DNA of 64,000 nucleotides from Candidatus Omnitrophota bacterium (GTDB lineage: Bacteria > Omnitrophota > Gorgyraeia > JACQQV01), in contig JACQQV010000039.1 of the NCBI GenBank assembly GCA_016206785.1, positions 5,978-69,977 of the forward strand. The letters run 5' to 3'. Positions 24,807-34,591 of this stretch are shown piece after piece. The notes below the pieces were generated by a model, which saw nothing but the letters and a program-made list of their open reading frames with translations, ran no database searches and was not told the origin of the DNA. Made by a program: the position numbers and the translations under genes. Position 1 is the first letter of the stretch. Every line of letters starts with the position of its first letter.

Positions 24807-25651
24807 GAGCGGTCTCGCTCCATCGCTTCAAGCCGCTTGACCCTCTCGGCCATAGGAGGATGGGTGCTGAAAAGACTCAAGATCCCTCCTCCTTTAAGGG
24901 GGTTCACAATAAACAGATGGGCTGCGTGAGGACTGCTGGAAAGAGCTCCCTTTGGGAAAGAGTCAAGTTTGCGTAACGCATTTGCCAGAGCCATCGGTTT
25001 ATTGGAGAGAAGGGCTCCCCCTCGATCAGCCGCAAATTCGCGGGAGCGGGAAATGGCGAATTGGACCAAAAGGGCTGCGAAAGGAGCGAGGAAAGCGACG
25101 AGGAGAAGTCCCAGACCTCCCCCCCTATCGTCTCTGCGACGGTCCTGAGGAGAGAGGAGAAGTCCCCATTGTGCCCATCTCGCCAAGGTCATGATCGCAC
25201 CTGCCAATGTTGCAGCAATGCTGGAAATCAAGGTATCCCGGTGCCGGACATGGGAGAGTTCGTGGGCAAGAACCCCCTCTAATTCTTCGTCGTCGACAAC
25301 ACGTAAAATTCCTTCGGTCACACAGACCGCCGCATGGTGTGGCGAACGTCCTGTCGCGAACGCGTTCGGCCCTTGTTGAGGAGCGAGGTATACTTTGGGC
25401 ATCGGCATGGAGGCCTTCTGAGTGAGGCGTTCAATGATCTCAAAGAGCTCGGGGGACTCTTCTCTGGAAAGTTCTCGGGCACCCATCATCATGAGGACCA
25501 ACTTATCACTAAACCAATAGGCTCCGAAATTCATGAGGGCCGCCAGGCCAAAAGCTGCTACCGCTCCTCCATGGCCTCCAACGGCACTTCCGATGAAAAC
25601 GAAAAGGAGCGTTAGCATTGTGAGAAGAAACGTTGTCTTAAGGATGTTCAT
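24803..25651 (-). CDS. htpX: Protease HtpX (M48 family)
   Basis: HELSH zinc motif (LAHELSHVRH), 4 TM segments, typical HtpX length. Confidence 0.85.
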   Translation of the reverse strand: MNILKTTFLLTMLTLLFVFIGSAVGGHGGAVAAFGLAALMNFGAYWFSDKLVLMMMGARELSREESPELFEIIERLTQKASMPMPKVYLAPQQGPNAFATGRSPHHAAVCVTEGILRVVDDEELEGVLAHELSHVRHRDTLISSIAATLAGAIMTLARWAQWGLLLSPQDRRRDDRGGGLGLLLVAFLAPFAALLVQFAISRSREFAADRGGALLSNKPMALANALRKLDSFPKGALSSSPHAAHLFIVNPLKGGGILSLFSTHPPMAERVKRLEAMERDRS

Positions 25652-25664
25652 GGTAATCCTCCCC

Positions 25665-26123
25665 TTATCCTATCAATTCTTCAAATTGTGATGAAAGAAA
25701 TTGAACCGCCTCCGTTAGCCCTCCGTCGAGAAAGATGGCTCCGATGAGGGCCTCAAAGGTCTCCGAAAGATGGGATGCCTTGAAAGCCCCTCCCTGCTGA
25801 CTTTCACCCCGGCCAAAAAGGATCGCTTCTCCAAGACCTAGTCTTTTTGCTTTTTCACTCAAGGTTTCTTCACAAACGAATGATTTTCTCCTTTCCGTCA
25901 AGAAACCGGGTCGTTGCATAGGAGTTTCTGCATAAAGTCGTGTGGTCACAAAGAATTGTAGGATCGCATCTCCCAGAAGTGCCAAACTCTCGTTCCCGGA
26001 GGAGAGTCCTCTTTCATTCGCATAGGATCGATGGGTGAGGGCCTGTTCCAGGAGGGTAGGCTTTTCAAAGTGATACCCTATCTTCTCCTCCCACGCCCGG
26101 CACAAATCGCTCTTTGTGATCAT
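25665..26123 (-). CDS. Mini-ribonuclease III-like protein (RNase III catalytic domain only)
   Basis: RNase III signature ESLALLGDAILQ; 152 aa without a dsRBD. Confidence 0.7.
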   Translation of the reverse strand: MITKSDLCRAWEEKIGYHFEKPTLLEQALTHRSYANERGLSSGNESLALLGDAILQFFVTTRLYAETPMQRPGFLTERRKSFVCEETLSEKAKRLGLGEAILFGRGESQQGGAFKASHLSETFEALIGAIFLDGGLTEAVQFLSSQFEELIG

Positions 26124-27247
26124 GCAAGAACCCTTTTGGAGACAACTTGCTGGATCAAAGAATAATGGATCCCTTCTCTCGTCGTCACTTTCCCAATTCG
26201 AATCGGGAGGACATATCGATTCGCCCCGCGCACGAATTTTTTATCAAGGGATTCTGCTTGGAAAAGTTTTCTGAGGGAAATTCCTTTTAGGGTAACAGGC
26301 AATTCCAATCTTAAAAGAAGAGATTCTAAGCGGGTCACCGTTTGCTTTTTACAGAGACCCAAACGGAAGGCGATCTCCGCAGCACACATCATTCCAACAG
26401 AGATGGCCTTCCCATGGGTTTCCTGATATCCTTTTGCCTGTTCAATCGCATGGCCGAGGGTATGTCCAAAGTTTAATATCACACGAATCCCTCTATCGTC
26501 CCGCTCGTCTCGTGCCACAACATCCGCCTTGATGCCCACACAAACGGAGACAATGTGCCCGAGCACTTTCCTGTCCGGAGATCTTTGCCATGAAGCGGGA
26601 AGAATTTTTCGGTAGTTTTTTTCAAGAAACGAGAAAAGATCTGGATTCGCGATGACCCCATACTTGACCACTTCTGCCAGCCCGTCTTTCAGATTTTCCC
26701 TCGGGAGTCTCTCCAGAACGGAAAGATCGGCATAGACCAATCGCGGTTGGTAAAAGGAACCGAGGAGGTTTTTTCCCTCTGGAAGATCAATCCCCACTTT
26801 TCCTCCAATGGAGGAATCCACCTGGGCCAAAAGTGTCGTGGGAAGCTGAAGATACGGAATCCCCCGTTTATAAATGGACGCCACATATCCGGTAAGATCT
26901 CCCAGAACTCCGCCGGAAAAAGCAGCCAGGAGAGGGCGTTTCCCTCTCCTTTCATACCGGAGGAGTTCCTGGATCAAGCGGCGGGCATATTGTTCAGATT
27001 TTGCCTTTTCAGAGTTTTGTCCCCTCGGCACTCGGAGTGCTGCAAAGCACACCTTAATTCCGGTACGGGCGAGATGACTGGAAAGAGTTTTCCCGTAATA
27101 CCGTTTTGCTTCAGGACTTGCAACAACAAAAAGTTCCTTTCCCAATTCCATTTTTTTGAGGATCGGCCCAAGAGACCTGAACCGGTCGTCTGCAATGAAA
27201 ATGGGATAGCTTCGTGCGCCCAAAGGGACGATAATCTTTTTCATCAT
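26120..27247 (-). CDS. aroB: 3-dehydroquinate synthase
   Basis: AroB nucleotide-binding region GGGVLGDLTGYVAS..LPTTLLAQVDSSIGGK. Confidence 0.85.
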   Translation of the reverse strand: MMKKIIVPLGARSYPIFIADDRFRSLGPILKKMELGKELFVVASPEAKRYYGKTLSSHLARTGIKVCFAALRVPRGQNSEKAKSEQYARRLIQELLRYERRGKRPLLAAFSGGVLGDLTGYVASIYKRGIPYLQLPTTLLAQVDSSIGGKVGIDLPEGKNLLGSFYQPRLVYADLSVLERLPRENLKDGLAEVVKYGVIANPDLFSFLEKNYRKILPASWQRSPDRKVLGHIVSVCVGIKADVVARDERDDRGIRVILNFGHTLGHAIEQAKGYQETHGKAISVGMMCAAEIAFRLGLCKKQTVTRLESLLLRLELPVTLKGISLRKLFQAESLDKKFVRGANRYVLPIRIGKVTTREGIHYSLIQQVVSKRVLA

Positions 27248-27264
27248 AAGAAGGCAATGTTATT

Positions 27265-27888
27265 TTACACGAGGCCCAACAGTTTTGCAAGGAGAGAAAC
27301 AATGGGAAGGAGGAACTCGCTCAAAAGACCCGTTGCCCAGAGAAAGAGAACGATGAGGAAGCCGAAGGATTCAAGACGTCTGTAATAAGGAAGGAGAGAG
27401 GCCGGGAGAAGACCTACCACAATTCTCGATCCGTCGAGAGGGGGCAAAGGAATGATATTAAATACAGCAAGGATAAGATTCATGAAGGAACCGAGCGTCA
27501 AGAGGCGCCCTAAGAAAGAGGTGGGGGAAACGGAACCGACATGGAGAAGACCTGCAAAAAAGAGAGCCAGCAGAAGATTGGCGATGGGGCCTGCCACGGC
27601 AACCCAGACCATCTGCTCTTTCGGTCTACGGAGATTCATGAAATTGACAGGGACCGGTTTGGCCCATCCGAATGGAGCGTTCAACGTTAAAATAAAAAAG
27701 ATGGGGAGGAGCACTGTTCCCCAAAGGTCAATATGCGCCAGGGGATTGAGCGTGAGCCTCCCAGAGTGTTTCGCAGTAGAATCGCCACACTGTTCAGCGA
27801 CCCACCCATGGGCAAATTCATGAAGGGTTAGTGAAACGGCGAGGATCGGGAATGCAATAAGAAACTGGGTGAGAAGATGAAGTGTCAT
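27265..27888 (-). CDS. Site-2 protease family (M50) membrane metalloprotease
   Basis: HEFAHG zinc motif in TM helix; start ATG 27888 forms an ATGA overlap with the upstream gene. Confidence 0.7.
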   Translation of the reverse strand: MTLHLLTQFLIAFPILAVSLTLHEFAHGWVAEQCGDSTAKHSGRLTLNPLAHIDLWGTVLLPIFFILTLNAPFGWAKPVPVNFMNLRRPKEQMVWVAVAGPIANLLLALFFAGLLHVGSVSPTSFLGRLLTLGSFMNLILAVFNIIPLPPLDGSRIVVGLLPASLLPYYRRLESFGFLIVLFLWATGLLSEFLLPIVSLLAKLLGLV

Positions 27889-28544
27889 AAGAGCTCTTGG
27901 GGATAGCCGATGTTTCGAACAATCACTTTTCCGGTCCTCTGCGGTCCTTCCCCCACGTAAAATCCTTTTTTGGGTAAGCCAAAGGTAACCGTTTGACTCG
28001 CTTTGACAGAGCACCCCAAGACTTTTCCAGTTGTGGCGCACAGGCCGGAAGGGATATCGACCGCCAAGATAGGACACGAAAGTCTATTGATGCATTCAAT
28101 CGCACTTCGATACGGCTCTTGGACCTCTCCTTTGAGTCCAATTCCCAGAAGGGCATCCACCCCCATGATCAAAGGGGCTGTTCGGGAAAGGGTTTCCTCC
28201 AAGAGGCTCCCTTGAGGGAGGGTATAAAGGGGGCATCGGAATCGCTTCAGGATCCCAAAATTAATTTTTGCCGAGCCTTTTAAACGGGTTTCTTCACCGA
28301 TGAAGAAAAGAGCGACCGGTCTTCCCTGTAGAAAGAGATGCCTGGCGGCCACAAAACCGTCTCCCCCATTGTTTCCTTTTCCACAAAAAAATGCGACGGT
28401 TCCTTTTTTTCCATTCAATATTTCCAGAATGACTTGAGCGGTCTCTCTTCCCGCATTCTCCATGAGGAGTAATTCAGGAATCCCAAACGTCTCTTGGGCC
28501 TTGAGGTCGATTTGACGCATGGTCTGGGCGTCCACCGGTTCCAT
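27885..28544 (-). CDS. NAD(P)H-hydrate epimerase (YjeF N-terminal domain)
   Basis: YjeF_N signature ..VAFFCGKGNNGGDGFVAARHL.. Confidence 0.8.
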   Translation of the reverse strand: MEPVDAQTMRQIDLKAQETFGIPELLLMENAGRETAQVILEILNGKKGTVAFFCGKGNNGGDGFVAARHLFLQGRPVALFFIGEETRLKGSAKINFGILKRFRCPLYTLPQGSLLEETLSRTAPLIMGVDALLGIGLKGEVQEPYRSAIECINRLSCPILAVDIPSGLCATTGKVLGCSVKASQTVTFGLPKKGFYVGEGPQRTGKVIVRNIGYPQELL

Positions 28545-28554
28545 CGGATGCCTT

Positions 28555-28866
28555 TTATTTTTCCTTCTTTGGTGTTTCTTTTTTAACAGCCTCTTTCTCT
28601 TTTACCGGAGGAGTTGTTTTTCCAGGGGCCGCTGGTACGGCCGCCGCTTCCGTAGCGGGTGTTGCGGTTGTGGCGGTCGCTTCAGAGGCCACCTTTTCCT
28701 TCTTTACTTTGATCCGCACAGTCTTCACCTTTGGAAGCCCGAAGATAGAATCATTCTCCGTCCATTCTTTCTTATCTTCCAGTATCTTAATACGCTCGAA
28801 GCGCTTCAAGACAGAACGATGCCGCTTCCCTTTTCGGCCCCCTTTAAGACTCGAATGCTGCGTCAT
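28555..28866 (-). CDS. Small basic protein with low-complexity Ala/Thr/Pro/Lys-rich C-terminus
   Basis: 103-aa ORF, pI clearly basic; no recognisable domain. Confidence 0.35.
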   Translation of the reverse strand: MTQHSSLKGGRKGKRHRSVLKRFERIKILEDKKEWTENDSIFGLPKVKTVRIKVKKEKVASEATATTATPATEAAAVPAAPGKTTPPVKEKEAVKKETPKKEK

Positions 28867-28886
28867 CGGATTCTCCTTTCCTTATC

Positions 28887-29357
28887 TTATCGATTTCGGA
28901 CAAAACAGTCCTTGTATCGTTTCTGAAGTTCAGCCACGGCGCGATCCGCTGACCCTCGCGTTTCAAACGCTCCAATACAGAGGGCGACACTTTTTCCGCT
29001 TGTTATGAGAAATGCTTCAACGCCTTGTTTGCGAAGGCGTTCCACCTCACGTTCCGCCACTTTTTTCTCCTGATACGAAGCAACCTGAATCGTAAATTTT
29101 TTAACTGGCTTTTCTACCGTCTTTGCGATCGGGCGATCTTCGGTTCTTCTCGAAAGAGGACTTTTCGCCTGACGGCCGATTTCCACACCCGTGGCGTAAA
29201 TGATCACAACACACATGACAAGAAGCAAGATCGTCAAAAGCAGCGCATCAAAAGAAAATGAAATGTGTTCCCGTGGGTCTTGGGTTTGAAAAAAAGAGGA
29301 TCTTTTTTTCCCCTTCTCCCCGAACTGGTCAAAAAATTCCTTTTGAATATCAGCCAT
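28887..29357 (-). CDS. SPOR domain protein (membrane-anchored, peptidoglycan binding)
   Basis: One TM helix then C-terminal SPOR-like block FTIQVASYQEKKVAEREVERLRKQGVEAFL.. Confidence 0.65.
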   Translation of the reverse strand: MADIQKEFFDQFGEKGKKRSSFFQTQDPREHISFSFDALLLTILLLVMCVVIIYATGVEIGRQAKSPLSRRTEDRPIAKTVEKPVKKFTIQVASYQEKKVAEREVERLRKQGVEAFLITSGKSVALCIGAFETRGSADRAVAELQKRYKDCFVRNR

Positions 29358-29363
29358 GGAAAG

Positions 29364-30434
29364 TCAAAGTGCTTTCACAATCTTCCGGAATGATCTTTTA
29401 TGTGTAAATCTTAGAAAGGCCTCGACCACTTGTGGGTCGAACTGTCCTCCCTGATGTCTTTTTAATTCCATCAGGGCATGTCGGAGGCCCACCCTTCTGC
29501 GGTAGGGGCGATGGTGGACCATCGCCTCAAACGCCTTGATCACCGCGAGGATCCGGGCGCCCAAGGGAATCTCTTCCCCTTTGAGCCCTTTGGGATACCC
29601 ATTCCCGTCGTATCGTTCTGTGTGATGAAGGATAACCGGGAGAACAGGTTCCAATATCCTCAAGGGGCGGACAATTTTGGCAGATGTGGTAGGGACTTTC
29701 TGGATCAGTCGATATTCAGGGCCCGTTAATTTGGAAGGTTTTGTCAGGATATGTTCGGGAACGGAAAGTATGCCTGCATCGTGAAGGAGTATTGCATAAT
29801 GAAGCATTTTCGTCTCTTCGTGCGAAAGATGGAGTTCTGCCGCAATGCCGAGTGCTAACGTGACCAACAGGTCGGACGACCGTTTCCTGCCAGGCGTTTT
29901 GCTTTCCAGAATGGCCGCCAGGAAACGGATGGAATCCATGGTCAGTTTTTCCTGTTCTTCGTACAGGGCCGCATTTTTAAAGGCGATGACCGCCTGTTCT
30001 GCGAGTGTCATTAATATTTCACGATCATACAGGGAGTAAGGCTTGCCTTCTTGCTTGCCACGGATCGTAATGACCCCCAAGACATCCTCATCCAAGAGTG
30101 GAACGCAGAGGAGGTTTTTCTTGAAATAGGCGTTCCCTGTTTTGGCGACTTTCCCCTCGATCCCCGCTCCAACGGGGAGGTTCCGTGAATCCTTCCGACG
30201 ATGCGGACGGGCTAAATGGACATGCACCCTTGGAATGAGGTATTTCTTTGCATCATCAAGTAGCAAGATGGAGCAATCATTGGACCGGAGAACTTGGAGA
30301 CAGAGACGTGCAACTCTAGGAAGAAGTTCATCGAAATTAAGAGTTGAGGTGAGGAGGCGATGAACCGTATGGACCGTCGAAAGGGCCAAAGACAAAGCTT
30401 GTATTTTTTCGTCAATATTTTCTTTCACGTTCAT
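29364..30434 (-). CDS. GAF sensor / HD-GYP phosphodiesterase (c-di-GMP hydrolysis)
   Basis: HD motif plus HHTERYDGNGYP (HD-GYP signature) after an N-terminal GAF-like domain. Confidence 0.8.
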   Translation of the reverse strand: MNVKENIDEKIQALSLALSTVHTVHRLLTSTLNFDELLPRVARLCLQVLRSNDCSILLLDDAKKYLIPRVHVHLARPHRRKDSRNLPVGAGIEGKVAKTGNAYFKKNLLCVPLLDEDVLGVITIRGKQEGKPYSLYDREILMTLAEQAVIAFKNAALYEEQEKLTMDSIRFLAAILESKTPGRKRSSDLLVTLALGIAAELHLSHEETKMLHYAILLHDAGILSVPEHILTKPSKLTGPEYRLIQKVPTTSAKIVRPLRILEPVLPVILHHTERYDGNGYPKGLKGEEIPLGARILAVIKAFEAMVHHRPYRRRVGLRHALMELKRHQGGQFDPQVVEAFLRFTHKRSFRKIVKAL

Positions 30435-31585
30435 ACTCTTTCATGGGGATCAAAGAATCGTTTGTACTCATCCAACGCGAATCGATCCGTCATCCCAGCG
30501 ACATAATCACAAATGACACGGTGAGGCCCTTCTTGGGTTACGCGATTTAAAAAATAAGGAGGGAGTTGCTCAGGATTTGCCATGTAAACCTCAAAGAGTT
30601 GACGCACCACCCGCCTCGCCTTATCGGACATCCGAACCACTCGATAATGGTGATATAAATTTTTCATCAAAAATTTTTTAAGAGGTTTTCTTTCTTCTGC
30701 CATCAAAGGATCAAAGACAACAAGTCGTTCGGAGGAGTGCCGCACGTCCTCTAAGGAACGAATGCCATGGGTCTTGAGGCTTTCTTCTGAAGCGGTGATC
30801 AGGCTTGTGATTTGGGCATTGATGAGGGATTTAAGGATCTGTCTTGTCAAAAGATATTCAGAGAGGGTGGGAAATTCTTTGAGGACTTCCCTCCGCGCCT
30901 TCTCCCAGAGGGAGATCTTGAGCAGATCCTCTTCCTTCAGAAGTCCAGAACTCACCCCATCGTCAAGATCATGGTTATCATAGGCTATTTCATCCGCAAC
31001 ATCGACCACTTGGGTTTCAAGAAGGGGTGATTTCTCCGGGTCCAAGGCCACATTGCGATCGGGGTGGTCAAAAGGGGTAGTGTGTTTGTTGATCCCTTCC
31101 CTCACCTCCCAAGTTAAATTGAGGCCCTTGAAACCGGGATACCTCTCTTCCAGAAAATCAACCACCCTTAGTCCTTGAAGGTTATGATCGAAACCCCCAT
31201 GATCTTTCATCATTTCCTTAAGCGCATCCTCTCCCGCATGTCCAAAGGGACCGTGCCCAATGTCATGGGCGAGGGCAAGGGTCTCGGTTAGATCTTCATT
31301 CAGTCGCAGGGCCCGCGCAATCGAGCGGGCAATTTGCGCCACTTCGATGGTGTGGGTGAGGCGGGTCCTGTAGTTGTCCCCTTCATGGTTGACAAATACC
31401 TGCGTTTTGTACTCAAGGCGACGAAAGGCCGTTGTGTGAATGATTCTATCCCGATCTCTTTGGTAACACGGACGATAGTCATGTTCCTTTTCCGGATGGA
31501 GTCTCCCCTTGCTTCGCCGGCTTTTCATGGCGTAGGGGGCAAGGAGTGTTTCTTCCTTTTCTTCAATTTCAACGCGTGTGAGCAT
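30431..31585 (-). CDS. dGTP triphosphohydrolase-like HD-domain protein
   Basis: Dgt-family N-terminus ..YQRDRDRIIHTTAFRRLEYKTQVF..HDIGHGPFGH. Confidence 0.85.
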   Translation of the reverse strand: MLTRVEIEEKEETLLAPYAMKSRRSKGRLHPEKEHDYRPCYQRDRDRIIHTTAFRRLEYKTQVFVNHEGDNYRTRLTHTIEVAQIARSIARALRLNEDLTETLALAHDIGHGPFGHAGEDALKEMMKDHGGFDHNLQGLRVVDFLEERYPGFKGLNLTWEVREGINKHTTPFDHPDRNVALDPEKSPLLETQVVDVADEIAYDNHDLDDGVSSGLLKEEDLLKISLWEKARREVLKEFPTLSEYLLTRQILKSLINAQITSLITASEESLKTHGIRSLEDVRHSSERLVVFDPLMAEERKPLKKFLMKNLYHHYRVVRMSDKARRVVRQLFEVYMANPEQLPPYFLNRVTQEGPHRVICDYVAGMTDRFALDEYKRFFDPHERV

Positions 31586-32045
31586 TGGTCAATTGGCGAT
31601 ACATCGCTTCAAGAGATTCTGAAATCACCTTTGTTTCCGAGAGGACCGGCATATAATTGGTGTCTCCTCCCCACCGGGGAACAATATGAACATGAATGTG
31701 GTCCTTGAAACCGGCCCCAGCGATTCGCCCTTCATTGAGGCCGATATTGAAGCCGGCCGGCCTTAAAAGTTTTCTGAGGAGCGCCTCACACTCCTGCACA
31801 TGGAGGACAAGCGCTGAAGCCTCCTCTTTTGTGAGATCCTCAAGACGTTTCACATGACGGTAGGGGGCGACCATCACATGACCGTTGTTGTAAGGGTAAA
31901 GGTTGAGCATCGCAAAGGAATGGCTACGACGCATGAAAAGGAAGTTTTTCGCATCTTTTTTTTGACGTGGCTTCGCGCAAAAGATACATCCTTTCTGCGT
32001 TCTGTAAATCACTTTCTTTCTCCAGGGAGCCCAAAGTTTATCCAT
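31569..32045 (-). CDS. HIT-family protein (second copy)
   Basis: Histidine triad HIHVHIV; CxxC near the N-terminus. Confidence 0.7.
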   Translation of the reverse strand: MDKLWAPWRKKVIYRTQKGCIFCAKPRQKKDAKNFLFMRRSHSFAMLNLYPYNNGHVMVAPYRHVKRLEDLTKEEASALVLHVQECEALLRKLLRPAGFNIGLNEGRIAGAGFKDHIHVHIVPRWGGDTNYMPVLSETKVISESLEAMYRQLTNAHTR

Positions 32046-33687
32046 GTTTCTCTCCGGCCGTTAGGATCGGTCCTTGGTGATAAATATCAAGAAGCATATT
32101 GACGCTTCCGAGTTCCCACGTCCATAACTTTTCTTTTTTTGCAAGGAGACGGGCATTCTGACTGATGCCTAAGAGGGGAATGAGCACCCGCTGGTGGATG
32201 GGGCGGTTCATCTGTTCACATTGTTTCAAAAAGTTGAAAATGTCTTCCTCTTGAATTTCGCGTTCAAAAAAGGAAGAAACCCAGACGCCATTGTCTTTGT
32301 GACCTACAATGAGGGCATGCTCGGTTTTCCCGTTAAGAAGAGAAACGCCGGAGAAACGAGGGAGGCGGTGCCTTTTTTGGTCAATTTCCACAAGTTCCCC
32401 CTTAAAACAACTAAAAAGTGTAGAGATCTTTTCGTCGACCCTTTTTTGCGATTGTTCCATGAAATGCTTCACGGTTTCTTCTGTTTCTGTTCTAAAATCG
32501 AAAGATTGCTGGGCAATGTTTCCGGCGAGGCTGTCCGCCTTCCTTTCAAAACAACTTTTTAGCCAAAACGCAAAAAGGCGGTCTGCGACACGGTAGAAGA
32601 TGCCGCTTTTGGAAAGAATACCGGCATCGAGAAGTTTTGCAAGTTTCTTTTGAATATCCTTTGATTCTTTGAAAAGGTGCCGGATCTCTTGTGAGGGACA
32701 GGTTCGCCTCGAAAGCGCTTGGACGATGAGCGCGGATTCACTGGAGCGGTGGTCTAAAGACGCGAGGCGGTGGAGAAGCATCGTAAAGTACTGACAGAGA
32801 ATTCCCTGTGCATTGAAAAGCACTTTTTCCAACACAAAAATGACATGTTCCAAGGGGCTCTTAAGATCGGTGGAGGGACATGTGGAGAGATGCTGACCCA
32901 GCACGTTTAAATAAAAAGGATGCCCTCCCGAAAGAAAGACGAGGAACTGTTTCACTCCTGGATCGAGCGAAGCCAGACCCCACCGTTTTTCGAGGTATTC
33001 CATGGCTTCCCCTCCGGTGAAAGGTTCAAGGGTGACAATTTCAAAACGGCCAAAAAGGAGAGACAAACGCTGTTGAAGAATCCGACGGGAGATTTGTATC
33101 TGGGAACTGGCCAAAAGATACATGGTCTCTTTTTGGACCATGATTTGTCTTCCGAGATGTGCAAAAGGTTCTTCGATATCAAAACCCAAAAGTTTATCGA
33201 ATTCATCCAGCATCAGGATAAAGCATTTCCCCGTCTCATTCCATGTTCTTGAAGGAAGTTCAAGGAGGGTGATGAAGCTTTTTGTCGGCTCACTCTTTCG
33301 TCTTTGTTCGAGGGACCCTTTAAGCCATGAGGCTGTTATGGGAGCCCATCGGTGAAAGGCTTGAAGGTACTTCTGTTCCCCTCCTTTTCCTTCTAAATCT
33401 ATCCCCAGCCGTTTGAGAAATGCGTGTAAGAAAATAGTGACGAAGCGGGACGTGAATTCCTGAAAGGTCTCCCGCGGTCGGAGCTCCACATAAACGACCA
33501 CAACCCCCGGATCATCAAATTGCAACATAAAATGTTGGAGCAAGGAGGATTTACCGATCAGTTCTGGGCCGAGAATCGCTACATTCTGGCGATACCCTTG
33601 CCGGAGTGAAGAGGCGCGTTTGAAGAGAAGATGAAGCATCTCTCCCCGATTGAAAAAATCTTTCCCGATGACTGGATCAGCGAACAT
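32038..33687 (-). CDS. AAA+ ATPase of the archaeal-ATPase type with C-terminal DUF234-like domain
   Basis: N-terminal FFNRGEMLHLL..VAILGPELIGKSSLL (P-loop) and C-terminal region typical of DUF234. Confidence 0.6.
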   Translation of the reverse strand: MFADPVIGKDFFNRGEMLHLLFKRASSLRQGYRQNVAILGPELIGKSSLLQHFMLQFDDPGVVVVYVELRPRETFQEFTSRFVTIFLHAFLKRLGIDLEGKGGEQKYLQAFHRWAPITASWLKGSLEQRRKSEPTKSFITLLELPSRTWNETGKCFILMLDEFDKLLGFDIEEPFAHLGRQIMVQKETMYLLASSQIQISRRILQQRLSLLFGRFEIVTLEPFTGGEAMEYLEKRWGLASLDPGVKQFLVFLSGGHPFYLNVLGQHLSTCPSTDLKSPLEHVIFVLEKVLFNAQGILCQYFTMLLHRLASLDHRSSESALIVQALSRRTCPSQEIRHLFKESKDIQKKLAKLLDAGILSKSGIFYRVADRLFAFWLKSCFERKADSLAGNIAQQSFDFRTETEETVKHFMEQSQKRVDEKISTLFSCFKGELVEIDQKRHRLPRFSGVSLLNGKTEHALIVGHKDNGVWVSSFFEREIQEEDIFNFLKQCEQMNRPIHQRVLIPLLGISQNARLLAKKEKLWTWELGSVNMLLDIYHQGPILTAGEKHG

Positions 33688-34382
33688 TACAATCTCCCCT
33701 CTTTTAAATAACGCAGGGGATTTTGCGGGCGGCTATATCGGCGAATTTCAAAGTGAAGCGTTGGGATTTTGACCCTTCCCGTTTTTCCAAGATGGGCAAT
33801 CGGCTGACGTCTTTCGACACGATCCCCCTCCTGGACAAGGAGTTCTTTGTTATGGGCGTAGAGGCTCTGTATATGGTTTCCATGATCTAGGATGATCGTC
33901 TTTCCGAAACCTTTCACCTTCTCTCCGGCAAAAGCGACCACACCCCTCTCGGAAGAAAGGACGGTTTCCCCTTCCTTCCCCTGAATGTTAATTCCTTTGT
34001 TGCGGCCATAGAGCGTCTGACCTCCAAAATGTGAAGTGATTCTTCCTGGGACGGGCCAGCTGAACGTCAGAGGAAGAGCACTATCGGAATGTTTTTGGGG
34101 ATGTGGTTTATCCATCCCCGTGGGGATATAGAGAAGTTGACCCACCGCAAGCTTCGAAGGATCGGGCAGTCTATTGAGTGTGGCAATCCGTTCCGGCCCG
34201 ATGTGGTATACCCTCCCTATTCCCCATAGGGTTTCTCCGCGTTGGACGGTATGATAGATTCCACCTGCTCGCCCGAGAAGTTGGGGTGCTTCTTTAGGAG
34301 GGGTAGCGCATCCTTTAGAGAAGAAAGACAATACCGCAACTCCCGACAATAAGATGAAATGGTATCGTCGGTGATTCATCAT
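33687..34382 (-). CDS. LysM domain / M23 peptidase lipoprotein (NlpD-like)
   Basis: LysM (HTVQRGETLWGIGRVY) plus M23 HxxxD/HxH motifs (HFEIR). Confidence 0.8.
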   Translation of the reverse strand: MMNHRRYHFILLSGVAVLSFFSKGCATPPKEAPQLLGRAGGIYHTVQRGETLWGIGRVYHIGPERIATLNRLPDPSKLAVGQLLYIPTGMDKPHPQKHSDSALPLTFSWPVPGRITSHFGGQTLYGRNKGINIQGKEGETVLSSERGVVAFAGEKVKGFGKTIILDHGNHIQSLYAHNKELLVQEGDRVERRQPIAHLGKTGRVKIPTLHFEIRRYSRPQNPLRYLKEGRL

Positions 34383-34398
34383 AAATAATAACGAATAG

Positions 34399-34473
34399 TG
34401 GAGCGGGTGATGGGACTCGAACCCACGATATTCAGCTTGGGAAGCTGACGTTCTACCACTGAACTACACCCGC
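34399..34473 (-). tRNA. tRNA-Gly (anticodon CCC)
   Basis: Minus-strand cloverleaf GCGGGTG/CACCCGC acceptor, anticodon loop TTCCCAA, T-loop TTCGAGT, discriminator U, encoded CCA. Confidence 0.85.
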
Positions 34474-34591
34474 ATGCTCACAAATGCAAGTAAACAAATT
34501 GCTCGCATTCCAATGGAGGAAACCAAGGTTTCCCCCCTATGGCGGGGCTTGATTGATATAAACTGCTACAAGCCCCTGTTACCCCCCTTCC

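Noticed and set aside
34474-34591. Possible structured RNA between tRNA-Gly and the kinase gene (CCCCGCCATAGGGGGG-like segment)
   Set aside because: Stems are imperfect and short; more likely an ordinary terminator and tRNA promoter region.
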